Source: a virus
Lineage: Duplodnaviria > Caudoviricetes
IMG/VR virus record: IMGVR_UViG_3300010261_000001
Coordinates: 6,378 to 70,377 of that record
Reading direction: 5' to 3' (one strand)
DNA: 64,000 nt
Numbering within the stretch: position 1 is the first letter of the stretch; every line of letters begins with the position of its first letter. Both the position numbers and the translations under genes were made by a program. The notes below the pieces were generated by a model, which saw only the letters and a list, made by a program, of their open reading frames with translations, ran no database searches and had not been told where the DNA came from. Shown here one piece after another: positions 41,382-50,532 of the stretch.

Positions 41382-42116
41382 CTAACTAAAACTAGCTTCT
41401 GGCTCTGCTTCAGGTCGAACTCCTTCATCTACATATTCTTCATCGATAATTATCTTTGTTCCTGATTGTGCCAATCTCATTAAGAATATAGAGAATTTAT
41501 CAATCCCTCTAAGTGAACTAATATTGGTAATTGGTGTTGAATTAATATCCCATCCATAACTCATAAACTCCGATATTCTTATTTCTCTGTTTAATTCTTC
41601 ATCATGTTCACACTCTAAAACTATAGTAGCGTGTTTGAAATTGCTCCAACTTCTCGTTTCGTCATATACAACTTCCATAGTCACATTTACATACTCATAT
41701 TCTGGTCCATCATCAAATTCCACTTCTAAGTCTGATGTATCAACTTCTTTAGCTACATAGTCCATCCACTTATCAAATATTTCAGAAACTTTTATTGTTT
41801 CTCTATCTTCTAACGTCATTAAATCCTTAAAATTCTCTAATATGTTCTTATTGTCCAATGTTGTATTCTGCAATATTTCAACCAATACTGTATCTAGTTT
41901 TAAAATATACTTTGAATAATCGTAACTCTCTAGGTATGGAATAATGACTTCTTTAAGTTTATTTTCTATGACCTTACTTCCATCTCCCCAACTTCTAAAT
42001 AAGCTATTTAAAGCTTCATTAATTCCTTTCTCTAATTGTTCTCCTACAAGCCTTTCAACAGTTCCATCTTCCAATTTCTTTGATATAACATCCTTAATAC
42101 TGTTTTCTAAGTTCAC
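41382..42116 (-). CDS. Conserved phage protein
   Basis: 244 aa acidic ORF with RBS. Confidence 0.65.
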   Translation of the reverse strand: MNLENSIKDVISKKLEDGTVERLVGEQLEKGINEALNSLFRSWGDGSKVIENKLKEVIIPYLESYDYSKYILKLDTVLVEILQNTTLDNKNILENFKDLMTLEDRETIKVSEIFDKWMDYVAKEVDTSDLEVEFDDGPEYEYVNVTMEVVYDETRSWSNFKHATIVLECEHDEELNREIRISEFMSYGWDINSTPITNISSLRGIDKFSIFLMRLAQSGTKIIIDEEYVDEGVRPEAEPEASFS

Positions 42117-42274
42117 AATAATTCCCCCTATTTTTTATTTTTATTAAAAACCTTCTTATTTGCCTTTTAATGCTTTTTATTTGCTTGTCTTACAAATACT
42201 CTAGATGTATAGCTATCTTTTCTGTATCGGCTTGTACTATTGTTTAAAATAGATTAGGAGAACATATCTCCCAT

Positions 42275-42910
42275 CTATTTTTTCTCTAGTTTTTGTAGCA
42301 TGGTAATTAAGTCACTAGCTTCAGATTTCGTTAGTTCGTTGCTCTTGCTTTTCTTATACATAGTTTTGATGTAATTACTCATACTTTCTTTGCTATAGTT
42401 TTTTTCTGCAGATAATTTATATATAAGGTTTAGTTGATTTTCACTTGCTAAGTTATTTTGACTTGGTTTACTTTGATTGTTCGATTTATTTGTCTTAGCA
42501 TTAACCTTTTTTTGTTTATCGTTTAAATAATCTTCATCTTTTGTATCATCTATTGCGAATAAGCCATTTAGAGCGTATTTTCGTGCATATGAACTTGTAC
42601 TGCCTGTAATTTGTGCTATGTCCATCTTTGTCTTGGTTTCAGATTCTCTTGCATAGGAAGTCGTTTCTATGCTTTCGCCTTTTTCTATATCAATTAGTTT
42701 AGCTATTGCTTTGACGTAGTATCTGTCACCTACTTGCATAATTTCATCATTTATAATTAAAGTAGCCTTGTTTTTCACTAGTAAGGGTTTTAGTTCTTCT
42801 AGTATCTCTTCACAACTTCTATAATGATAGCTACCAAATTCGCTATACTGGCTCTTTGGGACTTTTAACTCTGCTTGTATATTCATGAGCTTTTCATATA
42901 TAGTAGCCAC
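42275..42910 (-). CDS. erf: ERF-family single-strand annealing protein
   Basis: YRSCEEILE, GSTSSYARKYALNGLF. Confidence 0.9.
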   Translation of the reverse strand: MATIYEKLMNIQAELKVPKSQYSEFGSYHYRSCEEILEELKPLLVKNKATLIINDEIMQVGDRYYVKAIAKLIDIEKGESIETTSYARESETKTKMDIAQITGSTSSYARKYALNGLFAIDDTKDEDYLNDKQKKVNAKTNKSNNQSKPSQNNLASENQLNLIYKLSAEKNYSKESMSNYIKTMYKKSKSNELTKSEASDLITMLQKLEKK

Positions 42911-44455
42911 TTATTTCACCTCCACCTTAAGCTCTTGGCCTTCAACAACTCTCGCTTCAATTATTTGTGTGTCTAGTTCGTTGTATTTGGTTATGCTTTC
43001 TGCGTTATCTATAAAAATAGGAATTTTGAAATTTATGTTATTCATAATTAAATTTCCTATTTCTAGACCTGCCTTGATCCTTTCTGAATTACTTAGTACA
43101 TTAAATTCCTTACCTTCGTATAAAATTTTAAAGTCATCTTTAATTTCTCCTTGTTGAGTTACTTTTTGTAGTTGTATTGTCACCTTGTCTAAATATACGT
43201 TTATGTTTTCAGCTTGTTTTCTTAACTTAATAGAGTTAAATTCTTTTGCTGCGTCCATTTGCATTTTGATGTTTGATTTTCTTTTATCACTGTTTTCTAT
43301 ATCTTTTTTAGCTTCCTCGATTTTAACCTTATTTTCTTCTTGTAGTTTAAGTAGTTGCTTTCTTGTAGCGTTGTTTGCTTCTATTGTTGATTTTTCTTTT
43401 TCTATTTCTTTAATAGCATTTAGTAACTTTTCATAGTCTGCAGCTACCTTAGACAATTCAGTTTCTTTTTCTTCTCTTAATTTATAATGTTCTTTTATTA
43501 TTTCTTCATTTTCTAGTTCCTTTGATTTAATTGTATCTGCGATATCCTTGCCTTTTTTCTCAAGCACCTTTAGTTCTTTAACGAGACTATTTTTCCTATC
43601 TAAATCTAAGTCAATTTTGTGTTTGCAGTTTGGACATTCTACTGTATTGTTTAAGTTGATTAACTCTTCCTTAAGAGAAACATATCTACTTCTTATAAAA
43701 TCCAGTTCCTTTTGAAGAGGCTCAACTTCTATTAGTTTTGGTTTTTCATCTTCTTTTAATTCTTCCATTTTCTTTTCTGTGTCAACTCGTTTTTCATAAA
43801 GTGTTTTGAGTTCAGATTCGTCAAATTGCATTTCAGGTGGTATTTCTATATCCTCTTTCTTAGCAGCTATGAATCCTTCGGAGAAAATAACATCATCTTC
43901 AACTTCTTTCATTTCTTCTCTTTTATTCTCTAAGAATAAGTTTGAATTCTTAAAATTATTGCCAATTAATAGTTCTCTTTCAAAATCGGACATTTCCTCA
44001 AAAACTTCTTCGTTGCTTACTTCTTTTAAGACACTATTTAATAATTCTTTTGCTTGTTTTGGTGCTAAATTTGGAAAATATTCAGGATTGAATATACTTA
44101 AAAATGTATCCTTGTCCCTGTAAACGTGCACTAAATCATTACTCTTTATTTCAGTACCATCGAGGTAGATGTCCGTTTTATTGCCTTTTTTTCTCCTAAT
44201 TAAATTATGCTCTTTGCCTTCTAGCTCAAAATCTATTTCAGCATATATCGTTTTCGAATCATTGTTTGTAAGTCTTGTAGTAGCTCTTTCATTTCCTGTT
44301 AAGTCCGTCCCCAATAGGCACCATGTAATAGCTTCGCCTATCGTTGTTTTACCTTCCCCATTATCTCCACTCACTATAGTCTTGCTAGAAAGATTGTATT
44401 CAACTAAGTTTTTATGGTTTTTAAAACCTTCCATCCCTACCTTAATTACTTTCAT
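42911..44455 (-). CDS. Rad50/SbcC-like AAA ATPase
   Basis: GDNGEGKTT, coiled coil, LSNSE, FIDNAES. Confidence 0.85.
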   Translation of the reverse strand: MKVIKVGMEGFKNHKNLVEYNLSSKTIVSGDNGEGKTTIGEAITWCLLGTDLTGNERATTRLTNNDSKTIYAEIDFELEGKEHNLIRRKKGNKTDIYLDGTEIKSNDLVHVYRDKDTFLSIFNPEYFPNLAPKQAKELLNSVLKEVSNEEVFEEMSDFERELLIGNNFKNSNLFLENKREEMKEVEDDVIFSEGFIAAKKEDIEIPPEMQFDESELKTLYEKRVDTEKKMEELKEDEKPKLIEVEPLQKELDFIRSRYVSLKEELINLNNTVECPNCKHKIDLDLDRKNSLVKELKVLEKKGKDIADTIKSKELENEEIIKEHYKLREEKETELSKVAADYEKLLNAIKEIEKEKSTIEANNATRKQLLKLQEENKVKIEEAKKDIENSDKRKSNIKMQMDAAKEFNSIKLRKQAENINVYLDKVTIQLQKVTQQGEIKDDFKILYEGKEFNVLSNSERIKAGLEIGNLIMNNINFKIPIFIDNAESITKYNELDTQIIEARVVEGQELKVEVK

Positions 44456-46139
44456 TTATTCATCCTCCCCTTTCAAATCCTTTATATCTAATTGACCTTC
44501 TATTCTTTCAACTTCCTTTTCGTTCAAGTCTCTTTTTTCATCTTTCGCTATTCTGCTATAACAGTAAGAACCATAACCTCTTTTTCTGCTTTCTTCGCTT
44601 TTTAGCTTTCTTCCACATCTCTTACAATATAGAGAATACATTTTTTATTTTCCCCCTTTGAAACAGCTTTGATAAATATAATCCTTCGTATTTTTTGGTA
44701 AAGAATCTATACGTCTGATTGCTCTATCTCTACTTTCTTCTAAACCTTCTTGAGTTTTAAAAAAGTTGCAGCCTTTACAATCCTTTTTCTTTAATGCACT
44801 GCAATAACTATCTCTATCTGCGAAACATTTAGCCATTCATATTTCCTCCCTTTAGTGATATAATAAAAGTAATGATATTTTTATTTGACCTTTTCAGTTG
44901 GTGGCTGGAAGGTCTTTTTTGTTACCTCCTTCAATTTCTTTTCTCTGATATAATTATTAAGCTTTTCCTCTGCTGCTAGGAGTTCGTAAGTTACTATATT
45001 GATGTAATCCTCATTTGCATTGTTGAAGTTGTCCTGTGCCTGTTTTACATCTTCTATGAGTGAGTTAAGATGTAGCTCCAATTTGTCCACCTCCTAATCT
45101 TCGATATACCAATCATCCAACATTACTTTCTTAAAATAGCCTGGTCTTTCTGTTAAATATTTAAACGTATAAAGCAAATCCTCGTAATCAGGAAAAGTTA
45201 AATACTGTCCCTTTGGTTTAATCTTCTTGCCTTCTAAGCCTGCCTTAAAAGCTTCTTGCCAAGTCACTGGTTCCTTTATCTCTTCCCATTCTTCAAAGCC
45301 TGTCAAATCTCCAATTCTCCAACCATTCCTTGATAAATCTGTAAGACTTTTAAATTCAGTTACTTTTGCTATTTCTCCAACTGATATACGGCCATATTCA
45401 TAAAGAATTCCTTTAGTTAATCTGAATTTTTTGCCTCTCATTTCATTAGGATTTTCATCTATCATTTTACGAATTTCCCATGTTTTCATCTATTCTTCCT
45501 CCTTATATTCTTTTACCATCTCAATAATCACCGCAGCTCCTAATATAAAAGCTATTGCTGGAGACCATGCACTACAAACAAAATTTCCCACTATTTCACC
45601 TCCGTTATAGTTTTTTACACAACCCTAAGCCACCGCTTATTCTCGGTAATCTTTGAAATTTATCTACATATTGACAAGTATCTTTTAATTCGCACTTCCA
45701 ACATTCACATTTCTTATCTTTGTTTTCATAAACTTTTCCCACTACATCACCTCCCCCACTCTGCTATTTCTGCGTCTATGTCCAACTGCTAGTGTGTTTC
45801 TTGCTGTAGCAATTGCAGTACCTATGTTAGTTACTTTAGTTGGTCTAATCTCCTTTGGCCCTCTTAAAACTTCTTTCTTTTCGATAAATACAAATAACAC
45901 TTTCGACATCTCTTCATATGCTCTGTACAATGAGTGCAACATCTACTTCACTCTCCTTCCTAGTTCTTCAGCTATTTGTACCAATGCACTTATTACTATT
46001 TCTTCATCCTGTAATTCTTGCTCGTCCCATTCATCTTTTATGATTTTAGCTAATGCAACAACTCCGTTATTACTTAAGCTTTCTAATTTGATATTTTTCA
46101 ATGCTTTTTCTTTCCTGCTCTTGCAATTTGTAAGCTTCA

Positions 46140-46841
46140 TTAGATTACCTCCCTTATCCTTAATTGGCTGTTGTGTTCCTCTATTTCTCTTAGGAGCTTT
46201 CCTTGCACCTGCCAACCGTCTAAGTATTCCATAGCTTTGTTAAAATCTATTCTTGGAGTATCTCTGTAACTAGCAATCATAAAATAATCTTTATAATCTC
46301 TCCATATAGCACTAAAAACCCTTCCACGTACGCTGTTGTCTTTGTAGGCTTGGCTTTCTGCTCCACCTAGAGCCTCTATAGCTTTCGACTTTGCTTTATT
46401 TTGTAATAATCTCTGCTGTCTAAAGTCTACTGTCATATTATCCTCTAATGCTCTGAGCCTTTCTTCGTGCTCGTCCAATACTTCATATTGAAGCTTTAAC
46501 TGTTCCATTGGAGAAAGTTTTTTAACTTGAGTTAGTTCCTTTTCCATCAGGTTAAAAGCTTTAATATATTTCAGCTTCCATTCAAGAGCCTTTTTGCCTG
46601 TGAAACCCATTACTAGTAGCGAAAAACCATCTCTTGTTAATAAATATTCTGGATATGTTCTGCCTCTACTGTTCACGTACTCGCTTTTTAGGATTATGCT
46701 TGTCACTGCGGAATTTTCCGCTATGAGATTTCTTATTGCTTCTAGTACGTCTTTATGTTCCTTTTCAAAGTTCTTCGCTACTTCTCTACTACCTACTACT
46801 AATTTTCCATCTTGATTAGAAATATTTATCAAGTTATTCAC
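46140..46841 (-). CDS. rha: Rha-family antirepressor with ORF6C-like C-terminus
   Basis: SREVAKNFEKEHKDVL..I, TRDGFSLLVMGFTGKKA. Confidence 0.9.
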   Translation of the reverse strand: MNNLINISNQDGKLVVGSREVAKNFEKEHKDVLEAIRNLIAENSAVTSIILKSEYVNSRGRTYPEYLLTRDGFSLLVMGFTGKKALEWKLKYIKAFNLMEKELTQVKKLSPMEQLKLQYEVLDEHEERLRALEDNMTVDFRQQRLLQNKAKSKAIEALGGAESQAYKDNSVRGRVFSAIWRDYKDYFMIASYRDTPRIDFNKAMEYLDGWQVQGKLLREIEEHNSQLRIREVI

Positions 46842-46848
46842 TCTATCC

Positions 46849-47277
46849 CTCCCTTAAAGTAAATTAATCTTGCTTTTCTGTGTCCGAATTTACTTTAAGT
46901 AAATCCACAGGTAAAAAAATATCTTCGTATTTGACGTTGAAAGTTTCTAAAATTGTATTTATTTCACTTACAGTAAAATCGGTTTTGCCATTTTCTCTTG
47001 TGCGATACGTTGGCGGAGTCATATTAAGTAGTTCTGCCATATCGTCTTGAGTCATGCCATGTAAAACCCTCAAACTCTTTAATCTCCTATTTCCCATATA
47101 TCTTTCACCTCCCAACTCGTCCATGTTTTGCTATCTATATCTAATATTACTAAACTTTAAGTAAATTGTCAAGCGTTTTTGCAAAAATACTTTGCTTAAA
47201 GAATATTTTATTTTTTGTTGTATATATTATATAATGTTAGGAGAATGTTATATTGAAAAATATAAACTTTAAGTGTA
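46849..47277. promoter_or_regulatory. Repressor operators (TTTACTT-T-AAGTAAA-like) and cro promoter
   Basis: Copies at 46849, 46889, 47151, 47191, 47263; TTGACA-17-TAATAT at about 47144-47172 carries one in its spacer. Confidence 0.7.
46864..47097 (-). CDS. Cro-like HTH regulator
   Basis: TQDDMAELL..RENGKTDF; divergent from repressor. Confidence 0.85.
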   Translation of the reverse strand: MGNRRLKSLRVLHGMTQDDMAELLNMTPPTYRTRENGKTDFTVSEINTILETFNVKYEDIFLPVDLLKVNSDTEKQD

Positions 47278-47301
47278 TTTTTAAAAAAAGGTGGTGATAT
47301 C

Positions 47302-47658
47302 ATGACTTTTGGCACAAGGTTAGAAAGGTTGATAGAGGAAAAAAATATTTCTAAAAAAGAGTTGGCGGAAGAATTAGAAGTAAGCCAAGGGTTGATTTCT
47401 GGATATGTGAAAGACACTAAAAAACCTAGTTTTGAAATGCTATTGAAACTTGCTGAATATTTTAATGTGTCTATAGATTATTTGATGTGTAAAGCGGATG
47501 ATAGGAATATATACTTAAGTATAAAAAATATGCCACCAGAGCTTTTTAGAATCGGTGTTGAATATATATCTTTGGCTAAGGAAATGGAGGATAAAGAGAT
47601 ACCTCCAGAAGATATTAAGAAGATAATAGATGTAATTAAAAACATAAACAAAAAGTAG
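47302..47658 (+). CDS. CI-like XRE repressor
   Basis: SKKELAEELEVSQGLISGY; only large plus-strand gene at the switch. Confidence 0.88.
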   Translation: MTFGTRLERLIEEKNISKKELAEELEVSQGLISGYVKDTKKPSFEMLLKLAEYFNVSIDYLMCKADDRNIYLSIKNMPPELFRIGVEYISLAKEMEDKEIPPEDIKKIIDVIKNINKK

Positions 47659-47686
47659 CGATCAATTCAAATCGCTACTTTTTTTA
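47651..47686. terminator. Bidirectional terminator
   Basis: AAAAGTAGCGAT/ATCGCTACTTTT. Confidence 0.8.
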
Positions 47687-47859
47687 TAGTCCAAATTTAT
47701 TATAAAAACATATCCTGATAATTGGAGAAATTCTATGTAACTTATTCCTAAGTGCTTATAAATAATTTTCATGAAATCCCTCCTATATATTAAAAAAACA
47801 GTGCTTGTCTACATTATAACAAAAAACAAGTCTGATTCTTATAAACTCCCAGTTATATT

Positions 47860-47900
47860 TTCGACAAAATTCCATATTTTGTTCATAGAAAAATGTCGAA
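47860..47900. promoter_or_regulatory. Inverted pair of Spo0A-box-like heptamers
   Basis: TTCGACA at 47860 and TGTCGAA at 47894; a third at 48009. Confidence 0.5.
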
Positions 47901-47932
47901 ACACCCCACATAATAAAGTCGGGGGTGTGTAT

Positions 47933-48142
47933 ATGCGTCGATTGAGACTTAAAGCAAGGCTAACTCAAGAGCAGCTTGCGGTAAAAGTTGGAATTAGTCA
48001 AGTATATGTGTCGAAAATAGAAAACGGATATATAAAAGGATTAACAATAGATACATTAGTAAAAATTGCTAATTGCTTAGAGATACGTCCGGAAAAATTG
48101 TTACGTGCTTTATTGTCAGATGAAAATAACTTGAATGAGTAG
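47933..48142 (+). CDS. Small XRE/SinR-like HTH protein
   Basis: LTQEQLAVKVGISQVYVSKIENG; ATG at 47933 after GGGGGTG. Confidence 0.8.
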   Translation: MRRLRLKARLTQEQLAVKVGISQVYVSKIENGYIKGLTIDTLVKIANCLEIRPEKLLRALLSDENNLNE

Positions 48143-48157
48143 ATAGACTCTACTCAT

Positions 48158-49003
48158 TCAGTTTGCGTAATATTCTTCAATCGCATTAAATAACAATATA
48201 GAAAAATATTTAGTTTTATTCTTTATGTAAGTATTGTTTTTTGCTCCTTTAAACTTATTTAAAGCATAATCACATACATTAAAATCTAATTCATTTAGCT
48301 TGTCCATTATTTCTTCATTGTTATAAACTCTATTCTTTACGTTAACTTCACGTAAATACATTAAATCTAAAATTGCATTCTCTATTAACTTCATATCTTT
48401 CACATCTTCAAATAAATACAATTGACATTTTCCACATATAAACTCGTGTTGTTTTTTCAGTCTGTCATTTTCGACTGACTGAGTATCAATAAAATCAGTA
48501 TCAATAAAATCAGTATCATTACCGTCCAATTTTTGGACTTCTTGAGGTCCGTTTTTTGGACTTCCTGAAGTCCGTTTTTTGGACTTCTCGTATTTTTCAA
48601 CGTTTGAAGGCAATTCGGGTTTTAGTATGTACATTCTATTCGTTTTGCCTTGCCCCATTCTCTTGTCTACTATTAGGTTATACTTAACCAATTCCTTTTT
48701 GTATTTCATAACTGTTTTTCTATCTACTTCTAATATTTCCATTAAACTTAACTCCCTAGGCTCCTTTTCTTCCACAGTCCTTTCGTCGTCCTTTGCTGGC
48801 TCTATTTTGAATAAAAGATATATATAACCATCTTCATCAACCCATTTGTTTTTTATGGATAAATCTTGTCTATCCCTTAAAATTGAATACATTGCCTTTG
48901 CTCCTAAAGATAGTCCTTTATATTTTTTGTTATTAAACAATGCTTTTGGCATTTGGTAGAACCTTAAATTTAGTTCTTCTTCCGCTTTGTAGAACCTTGA
49001 CAT
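48158..49003 (-). CDS. repA: Plasmid replication initiator, RepA_N family
   Basis: RFYQMPKALF, AKAMYSILRDR..LS.KNKWVDEDG.IY. Confidence 0.88.
   Translation of the reverse strand: MSRFYKAEEELNLRFYQMPKALFNNKKYKGLSLGAKAMYSILRDRQDLSIKNKWVDEDGYIYLLFKIEPAKDDERTVEEKEPRELSLMEILEVDRKTVMKYKKELVKYNLIVDKRMGQGKTNRMYILKPELPSNVEKYEKSKKRTSGSPKNGPQEVQKLDGNDTDFIDTDFIDTQSVENDRLKKQHEFICGKCQLYLFEDVKDMKLIENAILDLMYLREVNVKNRVYNNEEIMDKLNELDFNVCDYALNKFKGAKNNTYIKNKTKYFSILLFNAIEEYYAN
48482..48590. repeat. Iterons within repA (plasmid ori)
   Basis: GTCC-N7-GGAC x3 at 23-bp period (48524, 48547, 48570); 15-bp AGTATCAATAAAATC tandem. Confidence 0.8.
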
Positions 49004-49047
49004 AAAAAATACCTCCAATTTGTATGTATGAAGGTATAAATTTGCTA

Positions 49048-49210
49048 TTGCAATAACACATTGCTTATGCTATACTTTTTATACAAATAAAAAATGAATA
49101 GCAAATTTATACACTGCCCACCTGAAAAGGTGGGTTTCGCCTTTGTATATAATTTTACACTTTTATCGAGAAAAAGACAAGAAAAAAGACAGTAGATTTT
49201 TCTACTGTCT
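49048..49210 (+). ncRNA. Putative antisense copy-control RNA with promoter
   Basis: TTGCAA-17-TATACT at 49048; ends at terminator 49187-49210; overlaps repA leader (TTGTCT-17-TAAAAT on minus). Confidence 0.55.
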
Positions 49211-49493
49211 AATCGTCATATATGCCTATGTTTTTTAATTTATTTTTTAATAAATTGTCTTTTGTATAGTTTTTGGACTCTATAATTGCTCTAGGTGCGT
49301 TTTTATATTCTTTCTCGATAATTTCCTTTACTATATCCTCTATGTCTTTGCTGTCGGCTTTGTAGTGCTTCAAATAATACTTGGCTGCATTTACAAAGAA
49401 TCCGCTAACATTAACTTTATCTTTTTCTAGTTTTTCTATATGAACTATAACATCTTTATCAGATTCTTCACTTAAATAGATAGTCTTTCTCAT
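49209..49493 (-). CDS. ParR-like adaptor
   Basis: Small RHH-like protein coupled to parM. Confidence 0.65.
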   Translation of the reverse strand: MRKTIYLSEESDKDVIVHIEKLEKDKVNVSGFFVNAAKYYLKHYKADSKDIEDIVKEIIEKEYKNAPRAIIESKNYTKDNLLKNKLKNIGIYDD

Positions 49494-50449
49494 TTTACTA
49501 GATCACCCATTTCATAAAATCCCTTGCAATTTGCAAATTGGCTTTCTTCCATGTTAAACATAAAATCTGCGTCTTTAAAATATTTGTCTAAGTAATCCAT
49601 TAGCATAAAGCTAGTTCCGCCTACAAAAGCTACGTTGTACAGCTCTTTATTGATATTATTCTTGTTTAATTCTTCTAGTATATTGATCTCGATATACTTA
49701 GATATTTCTTCGTTGATTTTCTTGCTTGTATCTTCTAAGCTAAGCACATCATTTTTTAGATATCCATTTGATATAGCTGTTCTCATAACTGCATTTGTGA
49801 TATTCTCTATACCTTCGCTTTCAAAACTATTTATAAGCGTTTGCTCTATCGTAGTTCCACCTGCATTTTTTGAAAACATCTTATCGACATTTGGGACCAT
49901 ATCATCAAATAAGATTACATTAAGGTTCTGGCCTCCTATATCTATTACAAGCGTATTTTGATTAAGAAATAGATCCGGCCTTAAAACTGTTATTCCTGCT
50001 CCCTCTGGTCTAATTCTTATACGTTCAAATTCAAAGTAATAATCTTCCCCATCTACTTTTATATCAACTTTTCCATTTCCATGGATATTTTGTTTATATT
50101 CTTCTTTTAGGTCCGCATTCTTAAAGATAGTGGCTGGACAACCTGTGATTAAATCGATTTTGTGACTTGTATTTGGCGTAATAAATTGAGCAATTGCTAC
50201 ATATTGACATAGTTTATTGATTTCATCTGTTTTAGAAGTAGTATGATTCCTTTTAGTTCCACTATCACCTATTAGATATTCCTTTCCATTATAGACTATA
50301 TGATGAGTGTTACCTGCTACAATCGTGTCCCCACCTTCTTCAAAGCTGTAAATCTTGCTTTGAAACTTCTCTGTGACATATAATCCATTTTCTTTTATAC
50401 AAGCTTTCGTTGAATCTTTACCTGCATCTACACTAATTAACATTTTCAT
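49490..50449 (-). CDS. parM: ParM/StbA actin-like partition ATPase
   Basis: VDAGKDSTK, RPEG, IDIGGQNLN, VGG motifs. Confidence 0.9.
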   Translation of the reverse strand: MKMLISVDAGKDSTKACIKENGLYVTEKFQSKIYSFEEGGDTIVAGNTHHIVYNGKEYLIGDSGTKRNHTTSKTDEINKLCQYVAIAQFITPNTSHKIDLITGCPATIFKNADLKEEYKQNIHGNGKVDIKVDGEDYYFEFERIRIRPEGAGITVLRPDLFLNQNTLVIDIGGQNLNVILFDDMVPNVDKMFSKNAGGTTIEQTLINSFESEGIENITNAVMRTAISNGYLKNDVLSLEDTSKKINEEISKYIEINILEELNKNNINKELYNVAFVGGTSFMLMDYLDKYFKDADFMFNMEESQFANCKGFYEMGDLVK

Positions 50450-50472
50450 TCCCCCTTAATTTGTATTACAAT

Positions 50473-50532
50473 TCATACTTTATCATACATTTTAACCTTC
50501 TGCAATGTGTGTTTTATCATACTTTGTCATAC
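50473..50532 (-). promoter_or_regulatory. parC-like centromere/operator and parM promoter
   Basis: TCATAC at 50473, 50483, 50517, 50527 flanking TTGCAG-17-TAAAGT. Confidence 0.6.

Noticed and set aside
47771-47932. N-terminal extension of HTH ORF in track
   Set aside because: RBS and domain start support ATG at 47933
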